Shown here: positions 19,296 to 28,809 of the stretch, piece by piece
How the letters are laid out: each line of letters starts with the position of its first letter
Position numbering within the stretch: the stretch's first letter is position 1
DNA from: Telluria sp.
GTDB lineage: Bacteria; Pseudomonadota; Gammaproteobacteria; Burkholderiales; Burkholderiaceae_D
DNA: 58,824 nucleotides
Reading direction: 5' to 3'
NCBI GenBank assembly: GCA_036405115.1
Contig: DASWYE010000055.1
Span: 1 to 58,824 of the forward strand
The notes under the pieces: model-generated
Database searches by the model: none
The model's input: the letters and a program-made list of their open reading frames with translations, nothing else
What the model was told of the DNA's origin: nothing
Position numbers and translations under genes: made by a program

Positions 19296-19907
19296 GTGTC
19301 TGACAAAAAGTTCGATCCGGTTTCCTCGTCCATGGCTGACGCCCAGCGCGACATGCGGCAGGCTTACTACGATGGCGCTCCGGGGGTGCTGGCCTCGGCG
19401 CTGGTGTGGACGGTCGCGGCGGGCGTATGTTTCCGCGCTTCGCCCGAGCAGGCGATCTGGGCGCTGTTCGTGGGCGGCATGTTCATCCACCCGGTCGCCG
19501 TCGTGCTGAACAAGCTGATGGGACGGTCGGGCCAGCACATGGCCGGCAATCCGCTCGGAGCGCTTGCGCTGGCGACCACCATCTGGATGATCCTGGCGTT
19601 CGCGCTGGCGTACGCCGCATCGATGGTGCGCATCGAATGGTTCTTTCCCGCGATGCTTTTCATAATCGGCGGACGCTACCTGACCTTTTCAACGATTTAC
19701 GGTGCGCGGATCTACTGGGTGTTCGGTGCGGTGCTCGCGCTGGCCGGGTATCTGCTGGGCCAGAACAACGTAGCGCCGGCGATTTCGGCTGCCATGGGTG
19801 CAGCGATCGAAGCGGTGTTCGCCATCGCCATTTTCATCAACGCACGGCGCGACAGCAGCGCCGTCATGCTGCAAGGTATGCCGGTTCGAGTCCGGTCCCC
19901 ACGGTAA
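19296..19907 (+). CDS. Multi-pass membrane protein (DUF7010-like)
   Basis: About 6 hydrophobic segments; GNPL and WFFPAMLFIIGGRYLTFSTIYG. Start is GTG 19296 or ATG 19332. Confidence 0.7.
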   Translation: MSDKKFDPVSSSMADAQRDMRQAYYDGAPGVLASALVWTVAAGVCFRASPEQAIWALFVGGMFIHPVAVVLNKLMGRSGQHMAGNPLGALALATTIWMILAFALAYAASMVRIEWFFPAMLFIIGGRYLTFSTIYGARIYWVFGAVLALAGYLLGQNNVAPAISAAMGAAIEAVFAIAIFINARRDSSAVMLQGMPVRVRSPR

Positions 19908-19934
19908 ACACGTCCACAGAAAGGATAGTCACCT

Positions 19935-20282
19935 ATGAAGACCGTCACCGCATTCGCGCTCAGCTTCGTCGTCGCGGCATCGTTAATGTACCTGTACTTC
20001 TTCGCCGGCGACCTGCTGCCAGGGTTCGCCCACCTCGCCGCGCTGCCGGTGATTGCGTTCGTGGCCGGCTACCTCCAGGGCCGCATGATCGGGCGCCAGC
20101 ACTACTTCAGCATCGGGTTCGGCGCATTGCTGGCCTTGCTGGTGGTCTGGAGTCCCCTGGTCTACCTCACCTACGGTTTTGCACTGATGGGTGTCCCGAT
20201 CCTGGTCGTGCTCGCAGTATGCGTCGGTCTTGGCGCAACCCTTGCCAAGCCGGCAGCGACCGAAGCGCTCGGACCCGCGTAA
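19935..20282 (+). CDS. Small hypothetical membrane protein (about 4 TM)
   Basis: 115 aa, almost entirely hydrophobic; AAGGA RBS; ends just before a terminator. Confidence 0.65.
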   Translation: MKTVTAFALSFVVAASLMYLYFFAGDLLPGFAHLAALPVIAFVAGYLQGRMIGRQHYFSIGFGALLALLVVWSPLVYLTYGFALMGVPILVVLAVCVGLGATLAKPAATEALGPA

Positions 20283-20310
20283 TCCTTCCGCCGTTCGCGG
20301 CGGCGCAGAT

Positions 20311-20342
20311 AAAAAAAGCGGCCCGCGGGCCGCTTTCGTTTT
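20311..20342. terminator. Bidirectional terminator between convergent genes
   Basis: AAAAAAAGCGGCCC-GC-GGGCCGCTTTCGTTTT. Confidence 0.8.
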
Positions 20343-20356
20343 GCGCTGGCTGACTG

Positions 20357-21325
20357 TCAGCGGGATTTGACGAACGGTTTGCCAATCGCCTTTGGCGCCA
20401 CCGACTTGGCCATCAGGCCGGCCAGAACCACGACCGTGACCACGTACGGGATCATCTGGATCAGCGACCCCGGGATGCGGCCGACAACCGGCAGATCCAC
20501 GCCTTCCATCTGGATCTGCAGCGCGCTGAAGAGGCCGAACATCACGCAGCCCAGCGCCGTGTACGCAGGGCGCCAGTTACCGAACACCATGGCCGCCAGC
20601 GCAAGATAGCCTGCGCCTGCGGACATGTCGCGCAGGAAGAAGCCGCTCTGCACGATCGACAGGTAGGCGCCCGAGAACGAGCACAGCACGCCGGCGATCA
20701 GCATGGCCATGTAGCGGGTGCGCGCCACCGACACGCCGGCAGCATCGGCCGCGTGTGGATTCTCTCCGCAGGCGCGCAGGCGCAGGCCGAAGCGCGAGTG
20801 GTAGATCACCCAGTGCACCACCGGGATCAGCAGGAAGGCGAGGTAGGTCAGCACCGAGTGCCCGCCCAGCACGCTGCCGTAGAACCAGCCGACGAAGGGG
20901 ATGTCGCGCAGCGCTTCGGTGCCCGGCAGGACGATGTCGAACAGGCGGTACTCGCCCAGGTCCGGCGTGCGGCCGCCCTGCTGGAAGAAGTACTGCGCCA
21001 CCACGAAGGTCAGGCCGCTCATGGCGATGTTGACCGCGATGCCGGCGACCAGCTGGTTGCCCTTTTGCGTGATGCTCACAAAACCCTGCAGCAGCGCGAG
21101 CGCGGCCGAGACGGCAATGCCGGCGGCGATGCCGGCCCACGGATCCTGGAAGGTGTAGGCGACGGCGGCCGATGCGAACGCGCTGGCCAGCATCTTGCCT
21201 TCGAGGGCGAGGTCGATCACGCCGCTGCGTTCGGCGAACAGGCCGGCCATCGCCGCGAACAGCAGCACCGGTGCATTGCGGATGGTCGATACGACCATAC
21301 TGGAGAACTGGAAGTCTTCGAACAT
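20357..21325 (-). CDS. Nucleoside ABC transporter permease 2
   Basis: ERSGVIDLALEG, GLRLRACGENP, GYLALAAMVFGNW and MIPY motifs. Confidence 0.93.
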   Translation of the reverse strand: MFEDFQFSSMVVSTIRNAPVLLFAAMAGLFAERSGVIDLALEGKMLASAFASAAVAYTFQDPWAGIAAGIAVSAALALLQGFVSITQKGNQLVAGIAVNIAMSGLTFVVAQYFFQQGGRTPDLGEYRLFDIVLPGTEALRDIPFVGWFYGSVLGGHSVLTYLAFLLIPVVHWVIYHSRFGLRLRACGENPHAADAAGVSVARTRYMAMLIAGVLCSFSGAYLSIVQSGFFLRDMSAGAGYLALAAMVFGNWRPAYTALGCVMFGLFSALQIQMEGVDLPVVGRIPGSLIQMIPYVVTVVVLAGLMAKSVAPKAIGKPFVKSR

Positions 21326-21328
21326 GGC

Positions 21329-22411
21329 TTATCCTTTCCGGCGCAGGTTGATCGCCTTCATGATCGCGGGCGCGTACAGGTTTTCCATCGCGCCGCAGAA
21401 CAGGATGATCAGGCCCTGGATGAAGATGAAGGTCTCCTGCGGGATATTCGGTTTTTCCAGCGACAGGTCGAAGCCGCCCTGGATCAGCGCGCCGAACAGC
21501 ACTGCGGACAGGAAGATGCCGACCGGGTGCTGGCGCCCCATCAGCGCGATGGCGATGCCGACGAAGCCGGCGCCGGCCGGGAAGTTCAGGCTCAGGTAAT
21601 GGGTCGAGCCGAGGATCGAGTTGACCGCTGCAAGGCCCGCCAGCGCGCCGGAGATCAGCATGGCGACGATGATCATGCGGCTGATCGACACGCCCGCGTA
21701 GTGCGCCGCATCCTGGTTCAGGCCCGTGGCGCGCAGCTCATAGCCCCAGGACGAACGCCACACCATCACGCCGTAGATTGCCAGCGCGGCGATCGCCAGC
21801 AGGAAGCCGATGTTCAGCGGAGTGTCGCCCAGCACCGGGAACAGCGTATTCAGGCGCGGCATGAAGGCCGCCTCCGCGAACACGCGGCTGGCTGGATTCT
21901 GTTCACCTTCGGGGATCATCTTCAGGATGAAGAAGTTCATCAGGCTCGCGGCGATGAAGTTGAACATGATCGTGGTGACCACGATGTGGCTGCCTCGACG
22001 CGCCTGCAGCCAGGCCGGCAGCCATGCCCATAGCGCGCCGAACAGCGCGGCGCCGATCATCGCTACCGGGATCAGGATCCAGGCGGGCAGGGTGGCGTCG
22101 AACGACAGCATGGCCAGCGTCAGGCCCAGGCCGCCGATGTACATCTGGCCCTCGGCGCCAATGTTGAACAGGCCCGCCTTCATGGCGATCGACACCGCGA
22201 GGCCGGTAAAGATGAAGGTCGAGGCGTAGAACAGCGTGTACGACAGGCCTTCCGGATTGATGATCGCGCTGTTGATCAGGATCTGCATCGACTCGACCGG
22301 GTCCTCGCCCAGCAGGTGGATGACCAGCGCGGCCACCAGCAGCGCCGAGACCAGGTTCAGGAGGGGCAGGGCAAACGCCGTGGCCCAGCGTGGGAGCTCA
22401 GTCTTTTTCAT
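21329..22411 (-). CDS. Nucleoside ABC transporter permease 1
   Basis: AGLFNIGAEGQ, VVTTIMFN, GYELRATGLN and GFVGIAIALMG motifs. Confidence 0.93.
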   Translation of the reverse strand: MKKTELPRWATAFALPLLNLVSALLVAALVIHLLGEDPVESMQILINSAIINPEGLSYTLFYASTFIFTGLAVSIAMKAGLFNIGAEGQMYIGGLGLTLAMLSFDATLPAWILIPVAMIGAALFGALWAWLPAWLQARRGSHIVVTTIMFNFIAASLMNFFILKMIPEGEQNPASRVFAEAAFMPRLNTLFPVLGDTPLNIGFLLAIAALAIYGVMVWRSSWGYELRATGLNQDAAHYAGVSISRMIIVAMLISGALAGLAAVNSILGSTHYLSLNFPAGAGFVGIAIALMGRQHPVGIFLSAVLFGALIQGGFDLSLEKPNIPQETFIFIQGLIILFCGAMENLYAPAIMKAINLRRKG

Positions 22412-23937
22412 GATGTGTGCATGCCTCCCATCAGGAGGCCGATGCGGGTGGTATCGAATTCTTCAATTTTGAGTTCGCCGGTAATGCGGCCGCCGGACAT
22501 GACGATGATGCGGTCGGCCAGCGCGCGCACTTCTTCCAGTTCCACCGATACCAGCAGGATGCCGACGCCGTCGTCGCGCATCTTGAGCAGCTGGGTGTGG
22601 ATCGACTCGATGGTGCCGATGTCCACGCCGCGGGTCGGCTGGCCGACCAGCATCAGCTTCGGCCCGGCCGCGACTTCGCGCGCGATCACGACCTTCTGCT
22701 GGTTGCCGCCCGAGAGCAGGCCGATGCGCAGGTCCGGATTGTTCGGGCGTACGTCGAAGGCCTTGAGCAGGCCGGCGCAGCGCGCCTTGATCGCCTTCAG
22801 GTCGAACAGGCCCCAGCGGTTCTTCACTTTGTCCTGGTAGCCGAACACGGTGTTCTGCTCGACCGAGAAATCCTTGATCACGCCGTCGCGCAGGCGGTCT
22901 TCCGGCACGTGGCCGATGCCCAGCTGGCGGAATACCTTCGGCAGGCCGTCCGGATCATGGCGGCCGGCGAACGGCAGGTCCTTGCCGAGGAATTTCGCGC
23001 GCCCCGCCGACGGCAGGCGCATGCCCGACAGGATCTGCATCAGCTCACTCTGGCCGTTGCCGGAGACGCCCGCGATGGCGACGATTTCGCCGGCGCGCAG
23101 CGAGAACGAGATGTCGTCGAGCTGCTTGACGCCCTGCGAATCGACCAGGCCAAGCTGGTCCACTTCCAGCAGCACTTCGCCCGGGTTGTAGGGCGCGCGC
23201 GGCAGTTCGTTCCGGATCGGGCGGCCGACCATCAGGCTCGCCAGTTCTTCCTTGGAGGTGCTGGCCGTCTGCACCGCGCCGGCGACGCGGCCGGCGCGCA
23301 TCACGGTCACCTCGTCGGTGATCTCCATGATCTCGCCCAGCTTGTGCGTGATGAGGATGATGGTCTTGCCCTGCTCCTTGAACAGGCGCAGGATGTCGAA
23401 CAGCGACGCGGTCTCCTGCGCGGTCAGCACGGCGGTCGGCTCGTCGAGGATCAGGATGTCGGCGCTGCGGTAGATCTGCTTGAGGATCTCGACGCGCTGC
23501 TGGGCGCCGACCGACAGGTCCTCGATCTTTGCCAGCGGGTCGAGCTGCAGCTTGTAGCGCTCGCAGATCTCGCGCAGCTTGCGTTCCACTTCGCCGCGCT
23601 GCTTCGACAGCTGGAAGCCGCCTTCGCTGCCCAGCATGACGTTGTCCAGCACCGTGAAATTCTCGACCAGCATGAAGTGCTGGTGCACCATGCCGATCCC
23701 CAGTTCGATCGCCTCATGGCTGTTGCGGATGGTGCGGTGCTGGCCGTCGATGAGCACATCGCCGCTGTCGGCATGGTAGTAGCCGTACAGGATGCTCATG
23801 AGGGTTGACTTGCCCGCGCCGTTCTCGCCGATCACGCCATGGATCGAGCCCTTGGCAATCGAAAAGCTGACGTCGGCATTCGCTTGCACGGCCCCGAAGG
23901 CCTTGCTGATCTTGCGAAATTCAACAGCTGGCTGCAT
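22408..23937 (-). CDS. Nucleoside/sugar ABC transporter ATP-binding protein (two NBDs)
   Basis: Walker A GENGAGKST, ILILDEPT, LSGGNQQK and QPTRGVD. Likely start is ATG 23937 (MQPAVEF). Confidence 0.95.
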   Translation of the reverse strand: MQPAVEFRKISKAFGAVQANADVSFSIAKGSIHGVIGENGAGKSTLMSILYGYYHADSGDVLIDGQHRTIRNSHEAIELGIGMVHQHFMLVENFTVLDNVMLGSEGGFQLSKQRGEVERKLREICERYKLQLDPLAKIEDLSVGAQQRVEILKQIYRSADILILDEPTAVLTAQETASLFDILRLFKEQGKTIILITHKLGEIMEITDEVTVMRAGRVAGAVQTASTSKEELASLMVGRPIRNELPRAPYNPGEVLLEVDQLGLVDSQGVKQLDDISFSLRAGEIVAIAGVSGNGQSELMQILSGMRLPSAGRAKFLGKDLPFAGRHDPDGLPKVFRQLGIGHVPEDRLRDGVIKDFSVEQNTVFGYQDKVKNRWGLFDLKAIKARCAGLLKAFDVRPNNPDLRIGLLSGGNQQKVVIAREVAAGPKLMLVGQPTRGVDIGTIESIHTQLLKMRDDGVGILLVSVELEEVRALADRIIVMSGGRITGELKIEEFDTTRIGLLMGGMHTS

Positions 23938-23958
23938 AAGAAGATCTTCTTGTAATTG

Positions 23959-23997
23959 AAACGCGCCGCCGGGCATTCAAACCCGTGCGGCGCGTTT
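23959..23997 (-). other. Intercistronic stem-loop after the substrate-binding gene
   Basis: Hairpin AAACGCGCCGC-CGGG...CCCG-T-GCGGCGCGTTT, at a position typical of mRNA-stabilising or attenuating hairpins in ABC operons. Confidence 0.6.
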
Positions 23998-24013
23998 GGA
24001 AAGTGCTTAAAAA

Positions 24014-25012
24014 TCAGACCGGGCAGCTGTTCGCGGCACGGTAGTCGATGACCTTGATCTTGCCGCTGATGATGCCGGCCTTGGCTTCATTGACGCGCTT
24101 CTCGATTGCCGGGGTGACCACGGCGCGGTTGTTCTTGTCCAGCGCCCAATCCACGCCGCCTTCCTTCAGGCCCTTGTAAGTGACGCCCGGCTTCCAGCTG
24201 CCGTTCTTCACCTGCATGAAGGAGTCGTACACCGCCACGTCCACGCGCTTGACCATCGAGGTCAGCATGGTGCCCGGGTGCAGGTGGTTCTGGTTGGAGT
24301 CGACGCCGATCGCCAGCTTGCCTTTTTCCTTGGCCTTCTGGAGTGCTCCCAGGCCCGAGCCGCCAGCAACCGCGAACACCACGTCGGCGCCGCGGTCGAA
24401 TTGCGCGCGCGCCAGCTGGCCGCCCTTGGCCGGGTCGTTCCAGGCGGCGGCAGTCGTGCCCACCATGTTCTGGATGACGTCGATCTTCGGCACCACCGAT
24501 TTCGCGCCCTGCGCGTAGCCGCACGCGAACGCGCGGATCAGCGGAATGTCCATGCCGCCCACGAAGCCGAGCTTCTTGGACTTGGACGCCATCGCGGCGG
24601 CGACGCCGACGATGTAGGAGCCTTCTTCTTCCTTGAACATGATCGAGTTGACGTTCGGGCTCTTGGCCACGGCGTCGATCAGCACGAATTTCACGTTCGG
24701 GAATTCCTTCGACACCTTCTGCACGGCCTGCGCCTGCGAGAAGCCGATCGCCGCGATCAGGTCGACCTTCTTGCGCGCCAGTCCGCGCATCACCTGCTCC
24801 GACTGGGTGTCCGACGAGGCCTGCACTTCCATGAACGAAATGCCGGTTTCCTTTTTGAAGCGCGATGCGCCTTCAAACGCCGATTCGTTGAACGACTTGT
24901 CGAACTTGCCGCCCGCGTCGTACACGATTGCCAGCTTCGGCGGAGTCGCCGCTGCAACGGTGCCGGCCGCGCACAGGGCCGCGATGGTGATGCTCAGATG
25001 CTTGAATTTCAT
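24014..25012 (-). CDS. BMP/PnrA-family nucleoside-binding protein
   Basis: GGKFDKSFN, FKEEEGSY, GFVGGMD, AIGVDSNQ and TSMVKRVD; Sec signal without a canonical lipobox. Confidence 0.92.
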   Translation of the reverse strand: MKFKHLSITIAALCAAGTVAAATPPKLAIVYDAGGKFDKSFNESAFEGASRFKKETGISFMEVQASSDTQSEQVMRGLARKKVDLIAAIGFSQAQAVQKVSKEFPNVKFVLIDAVAKSPNVNSIMFKEEEGSYIVGVAAAMASKSKKLGFVGGMDIPLIRAFACGYAQGAKSVVPKIDVIQNMVGTTAAAWNDPAKGGQLARAQFDRGADVVFAVAGGSGLGALQKAKEKGKLAIGVDSNQNHLHPGTMLTSMVKRVDVAVYDSFMQVKNGSWKPGVTYKGLKEGGVDWALDKNNRAVVTPAIEKRVNEAKAGIISGKIKVIDYRAANSCPV

Positions 25013-25048
25013 AAGAATTGACTCCTGGAATAACGATATTGTACCCGC

Positions 25049-26089
25049 CTAGCCCATCAATGCCAGCAAATTGCGGTGGGTTTGCCCGAATTCTGTCAGT
25101 CCTGCGGCGAGCGCGTCGTTACCAATTGTTTCGAGGTCGATTCCGTGGCGGGCAAGCTGGGCGACGGTTGCCTGCGCCGCGTCGATGTCATCCTGTAAAT
25201 GCGGTTGTGCCACTGCCGCGGCGTGCAGCGGACTGCAGCAGTCCGCGCTGGCGATGAACACCACGCCGGGCAGCGGCGCGCCATCGGACGCGCCGGCAAG
25301 CGCGAGCTGCTGGGGCGCCGCACCAAAGGCGGCAAACACCGCGAAACCGCTGTCGCTGTCCAGGTCGCGCCAGGCCAGGCGCGCGCACGCGGCGCCGGCT
25401 TTGCCGCGCAAGTGCGCCGCGGACGTTCCAAGCTGCGCGTCGACTGCATCATCCAGCGACCGCGCGGGAAGGCTGGCGATACAGGCGATCCGCTGCACGG
25501 ACATGGTGGCCTGCAGGCGGCGCGCCAGCCCGCGCCGGTGGGCGGCGCGCACGGCGGCGACACGGCGCGGCGTGCACGCCAGCGTGGCGTTGACGCCAAT
25601 TCCCTCGAAAACCAGTTGTTCGATGGCCTGGACGCCGGCCGGGGTGGCGGGCACCTTGATCACCACGTTGGGCCGCGCGACCGCGCCATGCAGGCGGCGG
25701 CCGGCTGCCACGATGCCAGCCACGTCATGCGCGATGAATGGCGGAAGGTCGATGCAGACGAATCCCGCGCGGCCGCTGCTGCCTTCCCACGTGGCGGCGA
25801 ACAGGTCGCATGCGCGCTTTACATCGGGCAGTAGCAGGGCGTCGAGGCGGTCCTGAGGTCCTGGATGCGCGGCGCGCAGGGAGGGCAGCACGGCATGGAA
25901 GGCCGGGCAGTTGCCGATCTCGTCGAGCAGCGCCGCGGAATTGGACGAAACGCCTTGCAGGCCGTCCGCGATCAGGCGCGCCAGCCGGCCCGACTCGAGC
26001 TGTTCGCGCGACAGGCCATCCAGCCACCATTGCGGCACCAGCGTGGCGCGTGCGGCGGGTGGGGACAGGGTAGCTGATGCTTCGCTCAT
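25049..26089 (-). CDS. Divergent transaldolase-family protein (Schiff-base Lys kept; phosphate-binding motifs eroded)
   Basis: WLDGLSR...SG.LARLI, DVKRACD, PNVVIKVPAT, VNATL, LRGKAG and GIDLE match the Neisseria/plant-type Tal fold. Several conserved motifs are substituted. Confidence 0.8.
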   Translation of the reverse strand: MSEASATLSPPAARATLVPQWWLDGLSREQLESGRLARLIADGLQGVSSNSAALLDEIGNCPAFHAVLPSLRAAHPGPQDRLDALLLPDVKRACDLFAATWEGSSGRAGFVCIDLPPFIAHDVAGIVAAGRRLHGAVARPNVVIKVPATPAGVQAIEQLVFEGIGVNATLACTPRRVAAVRAAHRRGLARRLQATMSVQRIACIASLPARSLDDAVDAQLGTSAAHLRGKAGAACARLAWRDLDSDSGFAVFAAFGAAPQQLALAGASDGAPLPGVVFIASADCCSPLHAAAVAQPHLQDDIDAAQATVAQLARHGIDLETIGNDALAAGLTEFGQTHRNLLALMG

Positions 26090-26254
26090 TTTTACTTTCC
26101 GTTACGTGATCAATCAGGGTGTCGCGATGGCGCAACAGCCGGGAACTGCACAAATTGGAAGTGGACGACTATGCAACAGCCTTGTTCCGGATGACAAATA
26201 CGTTTTTGCTTGGCGTTTTATTTGTTCTGAAAATAAATACGAAGGTGTCTTAAC

Positions 26255-26299
26255 TGCAATTGTTTGCAATCTTTCATGCTAGGATAAATATCGTTTGCA
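26255..26299. promoter_or_regulatory. LacI-family-like operator candidates flanking an extended -10
   Basis: TGCAATTGTTTGCA (26255-26268), a TGnTAGGAT extended -10 (26277-26285) and AAATATCGTTTGCA (26286-26299). Confidence 0.35.
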
Positions 26300-26382
26300 T
26301 GTATGGACGCGCAGGCAAAGGCCGTATGCCTGTGGCGTCCTGGACCTCATTTTGTTCGGCTGAATACCCATAAGGAGAGCGC

Positions 26383-28683
26383 ATGACCGTACCGACCACC
26401 CGGAACCTGGCCCGATCGCTGATCGCACTTGCCGTCGCCAGCGCGTTCCCGCTGCAGGCGTTTGCCCAGGAGGCGCAACCCGCACCCGCGCCAGCGGCAG
26501 CGGCCGCTCCGGCTCCGGCGCCGGCTGCGCAGGAGGAACTGGAAACCGTGATCGTGACGGCGAACCGCCGCTCGGAAAACATCCGCGAAGTGCCGATGGC
26601 GATCACCACGCTCAAGGGCGAGAAGCTGGACGTACTGACCTCCGCCGGCCAGGACATCCGCTTCCTGGCGGGGCGTTCGCCGTCGCTGAACGTGGAATCG
26701 GACTACGGCCGCTCTTTCCCGCGTTTCTACATTCGCGGCCTGGGCAATACCGACTTTGACCTGAACGCGTCGCAGCCGGTCGGCCTGGTGTACGACGACA
26801 TCGTGCTCGAGTCGCCGATGCTCAAGGGCTTCCCCGTGTTCGACGTGGACCAGGTGGAAGTGCTGCGCGGGCCACAGGGCACGCTGTTCGGCCGTAACTC
26901 CCCGGCTGGCGTGATCAAGTTCGATTCGGCGCGCCCGTCCGACAAGTTCGAAGGCTACGGCAGCGCGGGCTTCGGCAAGGACCGCACCATCAACGTGGAA
27001 GGCGCGCTGAACGTGCCGCTGAACGAGAACATGGCGATGCGCTTCTCGCTGATGTCGCAGCACCGCGACGACCGCGTCCACAACGACCGCCCGAACGCGC
27101 CGATCCGCGACCTCGAGGGCTACCACGACAACGCCGCGCGCATCCAGCTGCAATACAAGAGCGGCGATTTCAGCGCGCTGTTCGGGCTGAAGCACCGCGA
27201 CATGACCGGCAACGCGACCCTGTTCCGCGCGAACATCATCAAGAAGGGCACCAACGACCTGGTCGACGGCTTCCGCTACGACTGGTACCCGACCGACGGC
27301 TACAACGAGCAGTGGCTGAAGAACACCGGCGCCAGCATGCGCCTGCGCTGGCAGTCGGGCAACCTGGCCTTCCACTCGATCACCGGCTACGAGACCGCGA
27401 AGTTCTTCAGCTGGGGAGACGTCGATGGCGGCTTTGGCGCCTCCTACGCGCCGCCGATGGGACCGGACTATCCGGGCCAGCCTGCGTTCATCCCGTTCAA
27501 CTCCGAGACCGCGGACGGCATGCCGGACCACAAGCAGATCACGCAGGAGTTCCGCGTCGAGTCCAACTACAAGGGGCCGTGGCAGTGGATCGCCGGCGCC
27601 TACTACTTCAGCGAAGACCTGCAGGTGGACAGCTTCAACAAGGACACCTTCAACGGCGGCGCGCCGTTCGGCTACGCAGTGCAGTTCCAGGACTCGACTT
27701 CGTGGGCGCTGTTCGGCTCCATGAACTACCAGGTCACCGACAAGCTGAAGATGCGCGCCGGCCTGCGCTACACCGACGACAAGAAGGAATTCAATGCATC
27801 GCGCACGGTGAACCCATTCACCGGTGCGGCCGACAACCTGCACCACGCGACCAACCAGGAGTCGGACAACATCAGCTGGGACCTGTCCGGCACTTATGAG
27901 ATGGACGCCGACACCAACCTGTACGCGCGCCTGGCAACCGGCTACCGCGCGCCATCGGTACAGGGCCGCATCCTGTTCGGCGACACCATCTCCGTGGCGG
28001 ACGCGGAGCGTGCGCGCTCATTCGAGTTCGGCGTCAAGCAGGAACTGTTCAACCGCCGTGCGCGCATCTCCGCCACCGCATTCCGCTACGACGTGAAGGA
28101 CCTGCAGCTGACCGCAGGTTCGGGCGGCGTCAACCAGAACCGCCTGGTCAACGCCGAGCGCGCGACCGGCCAGGGCATCGAGCTGGACCTGCAGGCGATC
28201 CTGACCCCGGAACTGCGCATGACGCTGGGCGCCAGCTACAACGACACCATGATCAAGGATCCTGGCCTGTTCGTGTCCCCATGCGGCTCAGGCTGCACGG
28301 TGCTGGACCGCGCGGGACCATTCCCTGGCACCGTGTCGATCAACCACAACGAGCTGCCGCGCGCGCCGAAGCTGACCGCCAACTTCACGCTGCGCTGGGC
28401 GCGCCAGATCGGTAACGGCGAAGTGTTCGCCTACACCGACTGGGCATACCGCGACGACTACAACATGTTCCTGTACGACGCCGTCGAGTATCGCGCCAAG
28501 TCGCTGGTGGAAGGTGGCGTACGTCTCGGCTACAAGTGGGACGACGGCCGCTACGAAGCCGCGATCTACGGCCGCAACATCACCAACAAGGTGCAGGTGA
28601 CGGCCGCGATCGACTTCAACAACCTGACCGGCATCGTGAACGAACCGCGCACCTACGGCATCCAGTTCAAAGCCTTCTTCTGA
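26383..28683 (+). CDS. TonB-dependent transporter (candidate nucleoside importer)
   Basis: Signal peptide, Pro/Ala linker, TonB box ETVIVTA, plug motif VEVLRGPQGTLFGRN and C-terminal PRTYGIQFKAFF. Confidence 0.93.
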   Translation: MTVPTTRNLARSLIALAVASAFPLQAFAQEAQPAPAPAAAAAPAPAPAAQEELETVIVTANRRSENIREVPMAITTLKGEKLDVLTSAGQDIRFLAGRSPSLNVESDYGRSFPRFYIRGLGNTDFDLNASQPVGLVYDDIVLESPMLKGFPVFDVDQVEVLRGPQGTLFGRNSPAGVIKFDSARPSDKFEGYGSAGFGKDRTINVEGALNVPLNENMAMRFSLMSQHRDDRVHNDRPNAPIRDLEGYHDNAARIQLQYKSGDFSALFGLKHRDMTGNATLFRANIIKKGTNDLVDGFRYDWYPTDGYNEQWLKNTGASMRLRWQSGNLAFHSITGYETAKFFSWGDVDGGFGASYAPPMGPDYPGQPAFIPFNSETADGMPDHKQITQEFRVESNYKGPWQWIAGAYYFSEDLQVDSFNKDTFNGGAPFGYAVQFQDSTSWALFGSMNYQVTDKLKMRAGLRYTDDKKEFNASRTVNPFTGAADNLHHATNQESDNISWDLSGTYEMDADTNLYARLATGYRAPSVQGRILFGDTISVADAERARSFEFGVKQELFNRRARISATAFRYDVKDLQLTAGSGGVNQNRLVNAERATGQGIELDLQAILTPELRMTLGASYNDTMIKDPGLFVSPCGSGCTVLDRAGPFPGTVSINHNELPRAPKLTANFTLRWARQIGNGEVFAYTDWAYRDDYNMFLYDAVEYRAKSLVEGGVRLGYKWDDGRYEAAIYGRNITNKVQVTAAIDFNNLTGIVNEPRTYGIQFKAFF

Positions 28684-28708
28684 GTGATGGACGGAGGGGT
28701 TCTCCCTC

Positions 28709-28741
28709 CGTCATCCCCGCAAACGCGGGGACCCCTGCTGA
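28709..28741 (+). repeat. CGTC-type REP monomer
   Basis: CGTCATCCCCGCAAACGCGGGGACCCCTGCTGA, the same unit as five other loci in the window. Confidence 0.85.
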
Positions 28742-28754
28742 TTTCGCACTCTGC

Positions 28755-28787
28755 AAAAAAACGAGGAACCGGTTTCGGTTCCTCGTT
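28755..28787 (-). terminator. Intrinsic terminator between the convergent TBDT and xapR
   Basis: AAAAAAA-CGAGGAACCG-GTTT-CGGTTCCTCG-TT; the poly-U tail is on the minus strand. Confidence 0.8.
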
Positions 28788-28809
28788 CCATTTCCAGCGT
28801 ACGTTGGCC

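Noticed and set aside
25049-26089. Calling the transaldolase-like gene a pseudogene
   Set aside because: The ORF is full length with no frameshift or stop and keeps the catalytic Lys. Decay cannot be shown without orthologues.
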